Shown here: positions 27,536 through 40,811 of the stretch, in pieces
Layout: each line of letters starts with the position of its first letter
How positions within the stretch are numbered: the stretch's first letter is position 1
NCBI GenBank assembly: GCA_951406725.2
Contig: OX597814.1
Coordinates: 204,662,001 to 204,726,000, forward strand
Origin: Octopus vulgaris
Taxonomy: Eukaryota
DNA length: 64,000 nt
Reading direction: 5' to 3'
The notes under the pieces: model-generated
Seen by the model: the letters and a program-made list of their open reading frames with translations, nothing else
Told to the model about the DNA's origin: nothing
The model's database searches: none
Program-made: the position numbers and the translations under genes

Positions 27536-27699
27536 CTTTGTTGGGATTCTCTGACCAAAACAGAGGGATTTAGAGGGACCAGGTGCCAAAAATAGACGAC
27601 TGGTAAATTTTAAAAAATCTTGTAGAGATCTTATGTAAAAAAAAAAGCTGCAAAGATTCAATGCTGCAAGAAATGCTGAGATTTTGTTTAGAGAAAATA

Positions 27700-27790
27700 A
27701 TTCACACTCCTCAAAATGGCGGGAGTGATAAAGTAGGCAAGTGCGCATGTCAGTGATAAGGACTATCGAAAAAGCAGGATTTTAATTGGT
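27700..27790. promoter_or_regulatory. Probable NTF2 housekeeping-type promoter region
   Basis: YY1-type CAAAATGGCGG (27712-27722) and NRF1-like TGCGCATG (27742-27749), ~180-210 bp upstream of the ATG in repeat-free, CpG-retaining DNA. Confidence 0.5.
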
Positions 27791-29399
27791 TAATAGTCGC
27801 AGCTAACTTTGTCAACTGTTGAAAAGTTTTTTTCCTCTTCTCTATTACAAAATACTGAATTAACTCTATTGAAACCAAACACTTCAAGATTCGGAGATTA
27901 AAAAAAATATATTTTTAATGTAAAAATGTTTCTAGCTGAAAGTAAATTCTTCAAACTAAAAGTATTCAGTTTTCTTTTTTTAAATCTAAATATAATTATA
28001 ATGCTACTTTTAGAAAATAAAGCATATAAAACTATAGTTTAATCTTATAACTGCTTATTATCACCATCTGAAATGAATCAAAGATAAATCCAACTTGCTA
28101 GTTAAATAACAAAAAAGTAAAATATAAAATCGCTGAAGTCCAAGAAAGACAACTCCGCTAACACCTAACAAATGGTTTAACAATTAATGTTAATTGGTTT
28201 TTCGTAGTTACTAATTATTTACAAATCTGTTCAGTCATAAACAATATTAATTAAAACCACTATCTATTAATCTAATGATTATTAATCATTTCAGGGATTA
28301 TCTCTCCTGGATGAAATACCAGCCCTTAACCCTTTGACATCGTTTTCTTTTCTTCTCTACTGATGAGTATATATTGTGCCTTCAGATTTTCGGTATTTAC
28401 ACTGCATCACATGTGTATATATGTGTTGTTTTTTAACCTACACCAGCTCTAATTAGTGGACTTATGATGAAAACGTTTCTGCCCTGACCATCTCGGCTGA
28501 TTTCAGACGATGCATCCAGGACTAATTCATCCAATATTTTTTCTTGAAAATGGTAAGGTATGATTTGAGAGGAATTACGTGGATTTCTTATACATTGACA
28601 GACTTATGTAGAGGCTTTTTCGTGCTTGTTTGTGTTCTTAATACGAATGCGCTATAACAATTGTGTCCAAGAAAGCAACACCAATGCCTCTTTTTTATTC
28701 AAAGATGAACATGAGTCAAAACGTTAGATTATTGACTCATCAAAACAACTTCACGAACCGTAAATAGACTCATGGTTACCAACTCAGGTCCACAGTATTT
28801 TGCTTGGTTTCTGTATTTTTACTGTTTTTTTTTCTGTTTTTTTTGTAATATGACAAGAATGCTAAACTAGAAAGACAGCAATTTATGTCGTTATGAGGAC
28901 TAAAGATAACATTAGTTTCCAAAAACTTGAAACAATCTTCTGGGTTACAGCAAAGACTCTAAAGATCCTGCCAAGGAGACCTCACTACACTCATATGTCA
29001 GTTCTTATTCATTTATCAGTTTCAGCTCAAAGCTTCGCCATGCAGGGGCGCCGCCGTTTTTTCTTGAAAACGGTGAAAATTGGTAAGGTTTTTACAGCTG
29101 GATGCTCTTCCTAACACCAGACACTTCATAGAGTATACCGGGTGCTTTTTTTTTTGTACCAGTATTAGTGTGGTCACCAAACTCTCAAGACAAGACTCCT
29201 TGACAGTGTGGGAGTGCAGTATTGAGGGAGGAAGGCCTTTGTACCATTGAAAGGCTAAAATATGATGGAGGGTCAAGCACAAGTGTCTAACTGTCGAGGA
29301 AATACACGGCTATCCAAACAAGTAAGGGAGAAAGAATGGTGTCAGGGTGTACCCTTAAGGTATAAGAAGGTGAACGAAAGAGAACAGAGACTATGATAA

Positions 29400-29720
29400 A
29401 CAGAAGCTGGTTCTGAACTTAGACACAATAGACACCTCACTGAACTTGCTGCTATTCATTATCTCTGTATTTGGGAGAGTCATTATGCTGAAACAAGGTA
29501 GCATCTCTGAACATTGTTTGAAAGTCATTTGTTGACACCTAGTTTTTATAGCACAATCAGCATGGTGCCCAGTCAGAAGCTTTCTCCAGATCAACAAATG
29601 CAAGATATGGCTTACATTTTGCTAAAATCTTCAGCTGTCTCACTATGATGAGGGCATCTCTGATGCTCTGTTCTGACTTAAAACCAAACTGCATCTCGTC
29701 TAAAACTAATTTTCTTTCTA
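29400..29720 (-). mobile_element. Highly decayed RTE-like RT fragment
   Basis: Minus-strand remnants LDEMQFGF and AFVDLEK, similar to the 22590-22730 part of the intronic RTE copy. Confidence 0.6.
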
Positions 29721-30417
29721 ATTAGTTGTGCAGTTTTGTTTCATGTCAGAACAGAGCTCCACAGATGTCCTCTTCCTAATGCTACAACTGGAGAAGCTCT
29801 TAGCGAAGGGTAAACCACTATATTTTACATTTACTAACCTGCCATGCCTGCCTTGCTGGGCAGATCTTTAGTATTGGATATCACCAATCACCTTGGTCCT
29901 TTATCCAGTGTGCTCTTCCTCCTTTAAGGTGAGATGTGAGTTGAGGATATGGCTGCTATTTCTAGCAGGTTCAGTGTCTATGTACAGCTGGGGTTTTCGA
30001 CCATTTTTTACCTATGGACCCCTTTGATTCCTATTTTACTTGGATGGACCCTCAGGGCTATTTGATGTTTTAAAAGTCCTGTTATATTTTATGATTAAAT
30101 ATTATTAAGAATTGTTAAAATATTCATAAATTTTAATGACAAAATATCTGAATCCCCAAGGGACATATTGAGAACCTCCAACGTAAGGATTCACTCCTTG
30201 GTTTGTTTCTAATACATTTTGTCATATAAACCTGATCTAAACCTTTTGTCAAACTTAAACTGCAAGACTGTTAATGACAGTAACACTATCATGTGAATGT
30301 GTTAACAATGTCAGACAGAAATAAATGTCATAGTTGTTCTATTCAGATAACCAGTTGTTATTGTTGTGTTGTCCCAGATCAGCTTGGATCAAGTAAACCT
30401 ATGTATATGGCTAAGTG

Positions 30418-30726
30418 TGGAGGTGCAATGGCCCAGTGGTTAGGGCAGCGGACTCATGGTCAGAGGATCGCAGTTTCAATTCCCAGACCGGTTGTTGTGT
30501 GTGTTTATTGAGTGAAAACACCTAAAGCTCCATGGGCTCCGGCAGCAGGTGGTGGTGACCCCTGTTGTACTCTTTTGCCCCAACTTGTTCTCACCCTTTC
30601 TTCCTGTTTCTTGAGTAACGCTGCGATGGACTGGTGTCCTATCCAGCTGAGGGGAACACAGAAACCAGGAAACTGGGCCCATGAGCCTGGCTAGGTTTGA
30701 AAAGGGCGCATAAAAAAAAGAATTAA
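30418..30726 (+). mobile_element. tRNA-headed SINE (head D + tail X) with 13-bp TSD
   Basis: A-box-like TGGCCCAGTGG and B-box-like GTTTCAATTCC; TSD ATATGGCTAAGTG at 30405-30417 and 30727-30739. Confidence 0.85.
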
Positions 30727-31140
30727 ATATGGCTAAGTGACTAGGCACCATCCAAAGCTCTGGATATACCATACTTCTGCTTAGTTGAGGACCACATGTT
30801 CGTTGTCATTGTTGCCACCGTCATTTAATGTCCATGTTCGATGTTGGCATGAGTTGGATGAATTGACAGGATCCAACAAGACTGCAACATGCTCCAAGGT
30901 CAACTTTGACATGGTTACTATGGCTGGATGTCCTTCATAATACCAACCACTTTACAGTGTGTACTGTGTAGTTTTTTCATGCCACTGGTACAGGTGAGGT
31001 TCCATGTAGCTTGCAACCCTGAGAGAAGAAGCTTTATGCTAAGATGTGAAGAATTAAAGTATGAAGGAAGGGGCCAGAGCAGAACAAGTTTAAAACTGGT
31101 TCTCTGTTATTTTTAATTAAAACTGGTACTCTGTTGATTA

Positions 31141-31404
31141 CGTGGAGGCGCGTGGCTTAGTGGTTAGGGTGTCAGCATCATGATCGGAAGAATGTGATTT
31201 CGATTCCCGGACCAGGTGACGTGTTGTGTTCTTGAGCAAAACACTTTATTTCACGTTGCTCCAGTCCACTCAGCTGGCAAAAATGAGTAACGCTGCAATG
31301 CACTAGCATCCCGTCCAGCTGGGGAACACATACGCCATAGAAACCGGGAAACCAGGCCCATGAGCCTGACTAGGCTTTAAAAGGGCGCATTTATTTATTA
31401 TTTT
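31141..31404 (+). mobile_element. tRNA-headed SINE (head E + tail X) with 14-bp TSD
   Basis: TGGCTTAGTGG...TTCGATTCC head; TSD TACTCT(G/C)TTGATTA at 31127-31140 and 31405-31418. Confidence 0.8.
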
Positions 31405-33173
31405 TACTCTCTTGATTATGACAATGAGGATTCCAGGTGATCTGATTAACAGAACAGCCTGCTAGTGAAATCCACATGCAAGTGGCTGAGTACTCCACAG
31501 ACATTCATACACTTAACATAATTCTCAGGGAGATTCAGCATGATACAGAATGTAACAAGGCTGACCCTTTGAATTACTGGTACAATTCATTTTTGCTAGA
31601 TGAGTGGACTGAAGCAATGTGAAATAAAGTAGCTTGCTCAAGGACAATGGACCAAAACTCACAACTGAGAACTGAACACCCTAATCACTAACCTTGACAG
31701 AACAGGTTTATTGCTGTAGTGGAGCCACATTTTAGAGGTTGAGGTGGTTGGGGTGCATCTGGGAAGAGATAAAAGTGGTGATGAGGTGTCTGTCGACTCT
31801 CAAAGGACAAGGTGAGTAAAAGTAAATGGGGGTAGAACTGGGAATATGGGAGGGTAGAGACAGCAAGAGCCTATGGGAGAGTGAGAGATGGGGAATGGAT
31901 GAGGAGATGGGTATAATGAACAAATGTTGAGTGGATGATAAATAGGAAAGAGTAGGTGACGACAACAGAGCTTGGATAAGGTTGAGGGATGAATGGTGTA
32001 ATGTCAGTCTGGGCATGTAGTTTTTTCCCTCTTTCCAGTTTATTTCTCGTATGTTGGTAGATACTTGTTGTGGCCACAGTAGACCCGGATCAAGTGTATT
32101 TACTCCTAATGTGACTTGTTATAAATCTGTCCCTATCATTCAGTGGGCACATCATGACACAGTGTTTAGAACAAACCACACTAATGATGGGCAAGGGTAA
32201 AGGACATGGATCGCCCCACCTTCCAGTTTTCTTTTTTTTTTTTTTTCTACCAAAACTTACCTTTTCGATTGCAAATATTCCGAATCTGCAAAGAAAAAAT
32301 CAGTATTTCAAAATTTTAACACCACCACCAATTTTTCACATTTCTTAGAAATTTTTTTTTTGGCAAAATATGTAGAAAAATATGATTCTGATAAAAAAAA
32401 TTGTAAATTTTCAATTTTTCAAAAAAAATGAGTAATAAACACCCCTCCTACTAAAATAGCAGATGTAAAAAGTATTTAAACAGAAAACTCGACATGCTAG
32501 AAACAGCAGCTAAACGACGAATCACGTATTCAAAATTTTAATTTCTCCCACCCCCTTTTTTTTCTTTGCCAGAGGGGGAAAATTAAAATTTTGCAAACGT
32601 GTTTTTGGGGTTTTCAAAATCTTCAAGTTTTAAGTGCGCTCCAACTGGAAAGTCCGACAAGCTAGAAACAACAGCTAAACCGAAGATCTACTTTCTAAAT
32701 ACGAATTACCAAAAAGAAAATATTTTCTAAAATGACATTTTGTTGTGTGTGTGTGTGTGTGTGCAAAAATGTAATTTTTGAAATGCCGATTTTTTTTTTT
32801 TTTTTTTTTCCAATTCGGAATCTTCGCAGTCGAAAAGGTGGGTTTCTGTAGAAAAAAACAAAAAAGAAAACCTCCACCCTAATGACGATAATTAGACAAA
32901 ACTGGTAAAATCCACGATGGATTGAATGTACTATTTGTATATTAATCTTTGTGTTGACCAAATGTGGTGCTTATGAATGCTCAAAGTATGTTTTCTCTTC
33001 TTCATGTGCTGCAAATGTTGTCCGTAATTCCTCATGTACTGTGTATCTCACAAAAGTGTATATAACACCCACATGTGTTGTTGTCTTTTCTCTCTGTTTG
33101 TGTGTGTGATGGTTTATTACAGTTTATTAATAAAGAGAGCAAATTGGTAGAATTGTTTAGGAAACAGGTTCTT

Positions 33174-33409
33174 AAGGTGGCAAGCTGGCAGAATCGTTAG
33201 CACGCCGGGCGAAATGCTTAGCAGTATTTCGTCTGCCGCTATGTTCTGAGTTCAAATTCTGCCGAGGTCGACTTTGCCTTTCATCCTTTCGGGAATCGAT
33301 TAAATAAGTACCAGTTACGCTCTGTAGTCGATATGATCGACTTAATCCGTTTGTCTGTTCTTTTTTGTCCCCTCTGTGTGTAGCCCCTTGTGGGTAGTAA
33401 AGAAATAGG
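33174..33409 (+). mobile_element. Family A SINE, full length
   Basis: Highly similar to 35802-36020 and 15480-15695. Confidence 0.85.
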
Positions 33410-34702
33410 TTTTTATGTGGCTGATGAGGGAATTGGTATACTGAAGCAGCTGTGAATGAGGATGACCAATAAGATGTGGCTGTCATTTCGTCTTTATATG
33501 AGGCTGTATACATGCTTTGATGAGATGTTGTGGATGTCATCTAGATACAGAATTTAAAAAATGAGTGGGACAGATGGCTTGGAGGGAATTGAAGATTTTT
33601 TACGTGTTTTTTGTTTTATACTATGCAGGTTTGTAAACTTGAGCAATTTCAGATGCTTAGTTAAGTAGGAGACAGGCTAAAATGCTTAAGGTAATGAGTT
33701 TCCACCCACCTCATTCTATTGTAATAAACTAAAATGATATCCATATTGAAAGAGAAATTGTTAATGGGAATTCTTGTTAAAGGGAGACAACTTTGAAATT
33801 CAAATTGTAAAAAATTGAATGCAGTATAATTTCAAGCTAACTTTTTGTCATTTTGTGGTTGCTCATAATGCTAGAGATAGGAGTCAAAAATTTACTAAAC
33901 TCCACTCAACCATTAAGAAAAAAAATGATGAATTTACTGGATAACTTAGCTCTAGATATAATGGTTTTGTTGAATTGATGTGGTTTTCCTCTTCTTTGTT
34001 TCGCTTCTATTTTTTTACCCAGTTTTGGATTTGTATTATATATGTATTATATACAGATGTGTTATATTCCAATAAAAGTCAACTAAGGATATTGTTCCAA
34101 ATTTTAGCATAAGGCCAGTATTTTGGGGGGAGGTGGTAAGTCGATTACTCCGACCCCGGTGCTCAACCGGTATGTATTTTATCAACCTCAAAAGGATAAA
34201 AAGCAAAGTCGACTTCAGCAGAATTTGAACACAGAACGCAAAGATGAAATGCTGCTGAGCATTTTGTCCAGTGTAATAATGATTCTGCCAGCTTGCTAGA
34301 TATAATATGCCAGAAAAAAAGGAAGGAATGATTACAAGAAAGCTGACTTCCTAAAGCCACCAACTGTAGGTTAATACTGGTGTTGTTGTTAAAGTCATCT
34401 CTTATTGAACAGATATACGTAGGGGCAGTCATGTTGGGATCTATCCAGTGGATAGATCCCTTCATGACTCAGTACTTCATCATCGTCACCAACATCATAA
34501 TTTAACATCTGTTTTCTATGCTGGCATGGGTTGATTGGTTTGACAGGGGCTGATAAGGCATAGGTGTGGCTGTGTGAAAAGACGTTTGCTTTCCAACCAC
34601 ATGGCTCTGGGGTCAGTCCCACTGCATGGTACTTTGGGCAAGTGTTTATTACTATAGCCTTGTGGGTGGATTTGCTAGACGGAAACTAAAGGAAGCCCAT
34701 CA

Positions 34703-34742
<40 letters not shown>

Positions 34743-35009
34743 CATTGGCATTGTTAATGTCCGCTTTCCATGCTGGCATGGGTTGGACGGTTTGACTAAG
34801 GGCTGGTGAGCCAGAAGGCTGCACCAGGTTTACTCTAATCTGGCAGAGTTTCTACAGCTGGATGCCCTTCCTAACGCCAACCACTCCAAGAGCGTAGTGG
34901 GTGTTTTTACATGCCACCAGCATGAGGGCCAGTCAGGCGGTTCTGGCAATGACCACACTCAAAAGGTGTTTTTTACGTGCTACCTATATATATATATATA
35001 GAGAGAGAG

Positions 35010-35281
35010 ATGAAAAATGTATAAACAAATGACGTAACATATACTGATAATAAAGATGAACAGGAGACAAACAGAAAGTCTGTAATTCTTCATCAGTTAT
35101 CAACCAGTTGGTAATATTCAGTTCCACACCTTTAACGGTAAGACTGAGTGCTTCCCAAGGTACAAAACTGAATATTACGGATTGGTCGATAACTTATGAA
35201 GAATTACAGACCTTCTGTTTGTCTCCCATTTGTTTTTACATTCAGTATACATTGTGTCATTTGTTTATACATTTTCTCATC
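35010..35281. repeat. Long imperfect palindrome (fold-back element)
   Basis: ~115-bp arms (atgaaaaatgtataaacaaatgac...gtaatattcagtt / aactgaatattac...gtcatttgtttatacattttctcat) around a ~35-bp spacer. Confidence 0.75.
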
Positions 35282-36221
35282 AAGTAATGGAATGCAACAC
35301 ACACACTGAGCCATGCTCGATTGCTAAATCCAGAAGTTCTTTTTTTTTTATTCTCTCTGTTTATTTCCTCATATTCCTTTCTGTTGAAGAGCATAGGTTC
35401 GAAACGTAAAGGACTTTCTCACTTTCCTGTGTGTCAAACTAATACACCTGCTTGTTGTTCATACACCTGTCTTCGTCTTTTCTTTCTCTGTAAATTTCAA
35501 CTACACATACACACACACATAGGCATGCATGTATCTGTGTTAGTTCCACACTCCATTCTTGACAACCAGTGTTGGTGTGTTCACATCCCTGTAACTTAGC
35601 AGTTTGACAAAAGTGACTGATAGAATAAATACCAGGCTTTAAAGGAAAAAATACTGAGGTCTATTCATTCAGTTAAAATTCTTGAAGCCAATGCCCCAAC
35701 ATGGCCACAATCTAATGACTGAAACAAGTGAAAGATATAAGGTTAAAGATACATGTGTAAAAGCTACATGTGAAGCCTCCATCTGGAAGCTATAGTACAA
35801 GAAGGCGGTGAGCTGGCAGAAACGTTAGCACGCTGGGCGAAATGCTCAGCAGTATTTCGTCTGTTGCTACGTTCTGAGTTCAAATTCTGCTGAGGTCGAC
35901 TTTGACTTTCATCCTTTCGGGATCGATTAAATAAGTACCAGTTACGCACTGGGGTCGATATAATCAACTTAATCCGTTTGTCCTCTCTGTGTTTAGCCTC
36001 TTGTGGGTAGTAAAGAAATAGGCTATAGTACAAGATGTTTATTTGCCCGGGGTGTCTTCTTGTCACTTGTTCAACTGTGGAGAAATATTACCTTGCTTGT
36101 ATGCTTTGAAGTAGGTGAGAGTTGGCAACAAGAAGGGCATTCACCCGCAGAAAATCTGCCTTAATGAGTTCCATCTAATCTATGCAAGCATGAGGAAGTG
36201 AGCATTTATATGATGATAATA

Positions 36222-36650
36222 ATATTAATAATAATGAAATTATTGTATACAGTGCTCAGGTGCACCACAACTTGTCAAAAGTGCGTATAAAGCATAGGCA
36301 GTAATGTACAAATGTCTGGAAAGTGAACAGTGTATGAGTCAGATACATGCTTGTGTGTGTATGGAGGGGAGGAAATCAGGTGTAGTGTTGGCGAATCTCA
36401 GGAAGCATGGAAGTTTTGAAGGATGCAGTGCTCCGACAACTAACAACTGATGCTGGCAGTTTGTTCCATGCTTCAGCAACTCTTAGCGTGAAAAAATGTT
36501 TCCGAAAGTCATGGGAGCTGTGCTGTTTTCTGACTTAGTAAACATGTCCATGTGTGTTAGACAGGTGGAGTTTGAAAAGGTGCTCAGAGTTATTGTTTGT
36601 AAGATGGTTAATAATTTTATGGGTGTCTGCCAAGTCAGCTGCCAGACGTC
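36222..36650 (-). mobile_element. CR1-like LINE 3' end with (ATT)n tail
   Basis: Minus-strand translation RGH...RKQHSSHDFRKHFFTLRVAEAWNKLPASVV, typical of the CR1/L2-group ORF2 C-terminus, then a 3' UTR and simple-repeat tail. Confidence 0.75.
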
Positions 36651-39600
36651 GGAGTTTCATGATGACAATGAACATTGATTACGTTTGAATGGAGTTTCAT
36701 TTTGAGCATTTCATTATCAGTGATTAGTAGTGTATGTTCATGCAGTCTCTGCTGACACAAAAGGTAGAAGGAATGTTCTTTTTTATCTAGTCCAGACAAT
36801 ACTTACACAGCCCTTACAAACCAAACAGAACTGGTATGGTCAATGTTCAGCTGAAATATTGATTTCAAATTTTGGCACAAGGCCAGCAATTTCGGAGGAG
36901 GGAGTAAGTTGATTAGATCAACTCCAGTGTTCAACTGGTACTTATTTTATCAACTCCCGAAAAGGATGAAAGGCAAAGTCAACCTTGGTGGAATTTTAAC
37001 TCAGAATTTTAACTTAGCATGCTAACAGTTCTGAAATATCGAGGAAAATTATAGACATTACAAATTATGTTAACTTAATCAAGTGAAGATCATCATCATT
37101 TTATATTTTTTCCATCCTTGCATGATTGGAATGAGTGATGAAGGAGCTGTACCTGTGACATTTGAAGGGGCTTTGAAGTACCCAAGATATTAGCAGGGTC
37201 TTCAGGCTGATAACATTGATGTAACATTTCTTAGAGATGTTCTTTTTGAATCATCATCATCATCATTTAACGTCCGCTTTCCATGCTAGCATGGGTTGGA
37301 CGATTTTGACTGAGGGTTGGCGAACCAGAAGGCTGCACCAGGCTCCAATCTTGATCTGGCAGAGTTTCTACAGCTGGATGCCCTTCCTAACACCAACCAC
37401 TTGGAGAGTGTAGTGGGTGCTTTTTATGTGCCACTGGTACGGGACCTCTTTACACATGCCACTGGCACAGGTGCCAGTAAGGCGATGTTGCTAACGATCA
37501 TGCTCGAATGGTGCTCTTTGCACCCTGCTAGCACGGATGCCAGTCATCGAATTTGATTTTGATTTCACTTGAATACCTGTAGGAAAAACTTTCATTGAAA
37601 GGGAATTCCAGATGTTTGACATATAGGGGAAGAAGGATTGAGTATGGTGATTAATGGCTGTAAGAGTGGGGGGGGGGACATGATGAGAAGAAAAAGTGTT
37701 TAAAGTGGTGGTGGTCGGGCAGTATGAAATAAACTCTGAGGACAAGGAGGCTATTGTAGCTTGAGAATGAAGTGACATTGTCTCTGTTGGTCAGGCAGTG
37801 TAATGTATTAGTATGTGAATCCTTTATCTCAGTAGCTTTCTCTTGAATACAATAATACAATGATTTGGAACGGCACAAAAGTACCATTCCAAACATCTAT
37901 CTATATACGATGTGTGTGTGCTCACCAATTTTCATTAAAAAATACCCGTTTTTCTTAGAGTTATGAGGAAACAACGTCGAGGCATGGAGTACACTCGTGT
38001 AAGTATGCTGAAATGGGAAACTCATACAAGAATCGAAAGAATAGAAGTAGTGGCCTTGATTGGACCGGAGAGAAAATGAGAGATGGCTGTCTATAAAATG
38101 TCATCAGCAAACTTTTCATTATCAATGTTGCCGATGCAACCCAGTAACTGTCCAGAATCCCAGTGTTTAACTACTGTGAAAGAATAATAAAGTAATTGAA
38201 GGCTGAAGGGAAAAGGGTTAGATAAATGAGAAAGAAAAAAATGGGGTTTGGGTGTAGAATGTGAAAAAACAATCTTTGAATTTTCATGAAAATGAATTAC
38301 TTTTTTTTTACTATATTGTATCAGGGCCGTTATTTTTATTTTTCTTTCTTCTTTTTCCACGTTTTCAAATTATCCTTTCCTTATTTTCTTTTCAAATCGA
38401 TACTAACGGTTTCATCGCCGAAATTTCTATTCCGTTTTTTTTTTTGTATAAAGGAACGGAAACATGATTCACAACGGACGCTCATAAAATTAAAAGAAAA
38501 AAAGAAAACCGAAAGCAAACGTGCTCTTGTACAGAAGTAAATTAAAAATAAAAACAGAATCCAGGCCCGAACAGCAAATAAAAATCAAAACCACAACGTA
38601 CTTCCTAGTAAAATTGATGTGATGAAAAACTAAAGCACGAAGAATAAAAGTGTTGACTAGACGTGGAAAAGCAGATATATAGAGAAAGAAAGAGATGGGG
38701 AAAGTACAGTAATATGAAGAAGGGGAGAAGAGATAGAGAGAGATATTCCATTTCCTATGCTCACTGGTGTTACAAGATCTAAATGTAAAGAGAGCTCACG
38801 AACCGAAAAGTGAGACATTGAAATAAGATCTTGGTTTGTTATTGTGAATATCGAGGAAAATGAGTCAACAAACGGTGGTGCTTTACCGTTATCTAATAGG
38901 TTGTAAAATCTTCATGAATGTAAGTATGCATGAAGAATAGTGGTCTTGCTTCACAGTTTATGTCTAAAAATATATTTTTTGGCAGGATTACAAGAAAATA
39001 AGATGGTAAATTGAACAGAAAAGATAATGAAATGTGAGTACAATGAACTGTTTCAGTCCGTCTAATGTGGGACACCCAATAACATAATTATATCCAAGTT
39101 TACCTTGGATCAAATTGCGAAGAGATTGCTCGTGCCAAGCTGTTGAATTCTAACGTGAACATTATACACATCACAGCATCTCAACAAATGTTCAAATATA
39201 TTCTAGACGTTTACCTACTTGCAGAAATTTAGAATATTTTGACAAACCAACGAATGAGCTCCTATACGGTTTCCTGACCTGCTAGAAACAGTAGCAAAAG
39301 TTTTCAAATCACTTCCATTGCCTTAAAAGAGGTGAATTATTGTAGTTTCTCATGTGTAAGAATAAAAGATGGTCACAGCTAAAACACCTTTGTCCGGAGC
39401 TGATCTAAGGGTGAACAACAAAATTATCCTGAGAATCTCTGTCATGCAATTTTAATTATTATTATTGTTATTATTATTATTATTATTATTGGGGCCCTCA
39501 TTCCAGAGTAGAGCAACCCCCATTAACGTCGACATTAAATCTAAATCTCATTTACTTACCAAATACGTTTGTCCTTTCTACTGGTACAACGAAGGCTTAT

Positions 39601-39989
39601 TGTTTAAATTTCTTTTATCTCGCCCTCACGAAAACCTAAATGCATTGCTTTCCTTTCCTCAAATTACACTGGGTTAGTTTCCAGATTCATGTTCCTTTTA
39701 GATCGCACTTATTTGTCAAGAGGTTTAACTGTATTTGTAATCAATTTGAATTGTGATTCATTTTTTATAGTAAATGGGTTGTTTATTCTTTATTTTAATT
39801 AATAACATATAACCATGTACATCTTTTAGAACATTGACATTTTATGAGATTGTGCTGGCAAATTCTTAAATTAATATAAACATTTATTTACATGAAATAA
39901 AATTACCGGAGAACTTTCTTCTAATCCTTCCAAATCTCTCCGCTAAAACTGTATTGTGGGGCAGAAAGAGAAAAATAAAATGAAATAAT

Positions 39990-40800
39990 GCAGTACCAAT
40001 CGCACGCCACAAGGCTTAACGGAACCTATTGAAGCAGCGTTACCACGGGCGATGGCGAGGCTAAGGCGTTGGGAAAATCGAGCGCCCTCGATAAAGCGAG
40101 CTAACAATGATGAAAGAACTTCGTGGTTAGCGGCCAGTTCCTCCGAACGTCTCAAACGTCACAAGTTAGAAGAGATAGTTCACTGTCAGGTCCCGATATT
40201 TCAAGGTTTTCTTCCGTTCTTCTATGGAAACAGTGTCCCTCCCATTAACTGCAGCATCCAGTATGTGGGAGAGAGCAAAAGCATCCCAAATCAGGCACCT
40301 ACCTCTAACCCAGTGACAGAGGGTAAGATCATCTGGTCTCTTTCCATCACTTCTGGATAACCCCGACGGCTCCAGAACTGAGGGGATATTAATCCGAGCC
40401 AGGGCCCGCTTAATGATTAGGTTTAACTCGGTGTGACGAGCGAAGCGACCAGCATTTAAGCGGCAAGACAGACCGTGAAGACCTATGGGGTCCAGGGGCC
40501 TACTACGGTGGTATTTCAGCCCCCTACAGACGTCAGCTCTCACTTTTAGTGCGATAGAGATGCAGAGTTCATCTAGACTGAGTAGACCCCCACCCCACCC
40601 CAATGTTGACCGCAAGCAGGGCATCAATCCAGTGCTCTGAGAATTTTGCACTCGCTGGAAGTAAGCGACACATTGAAAATTGATCAGACTGATCAAGGAG
40701 TTGAAAGTGGCACCTAAACGAAGATTGTCCCATTACTCTCTGTTTCCATACTCACTTTATCATGGATAATAAACTTGATCTTTGCCAACAGAGCAAAGAT
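39990..40800 (-). mobile_element. CRE-like (restriction-like endonuclease) non-LTR retrotransposon 3' fragment, decayed
   Basis: HGLSC...GRFARHTELNLIIKRAL...IPSVLEPSGLSRSDGKRPD.LTL..W..GR.LIWD...K..KY and FSQRLSLAIARGNAASI: Zn-knuckle plus PD-(D/E)xK endonuclease signature. Confidence 0.75.
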
Positions 40801-40811
40801 ATAATTTCTAC

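Noticed and set aside
27272-27748. 158-aa ORF as a single-exon gene or N-terminally extended NTF2
   Set aside because: Only 27428-27535 resembles NTF2; a consensus donor follows it and the flanks are low-complexity UTR/intron read-through.
30418-30490. tRNA genes at SINE heads (also 31141, 41733, 43653)
   Set aside because: A/B-box-like motifs are present but there is no closed cloverleaf; they continue into SINE bodies flanked by TSDs.
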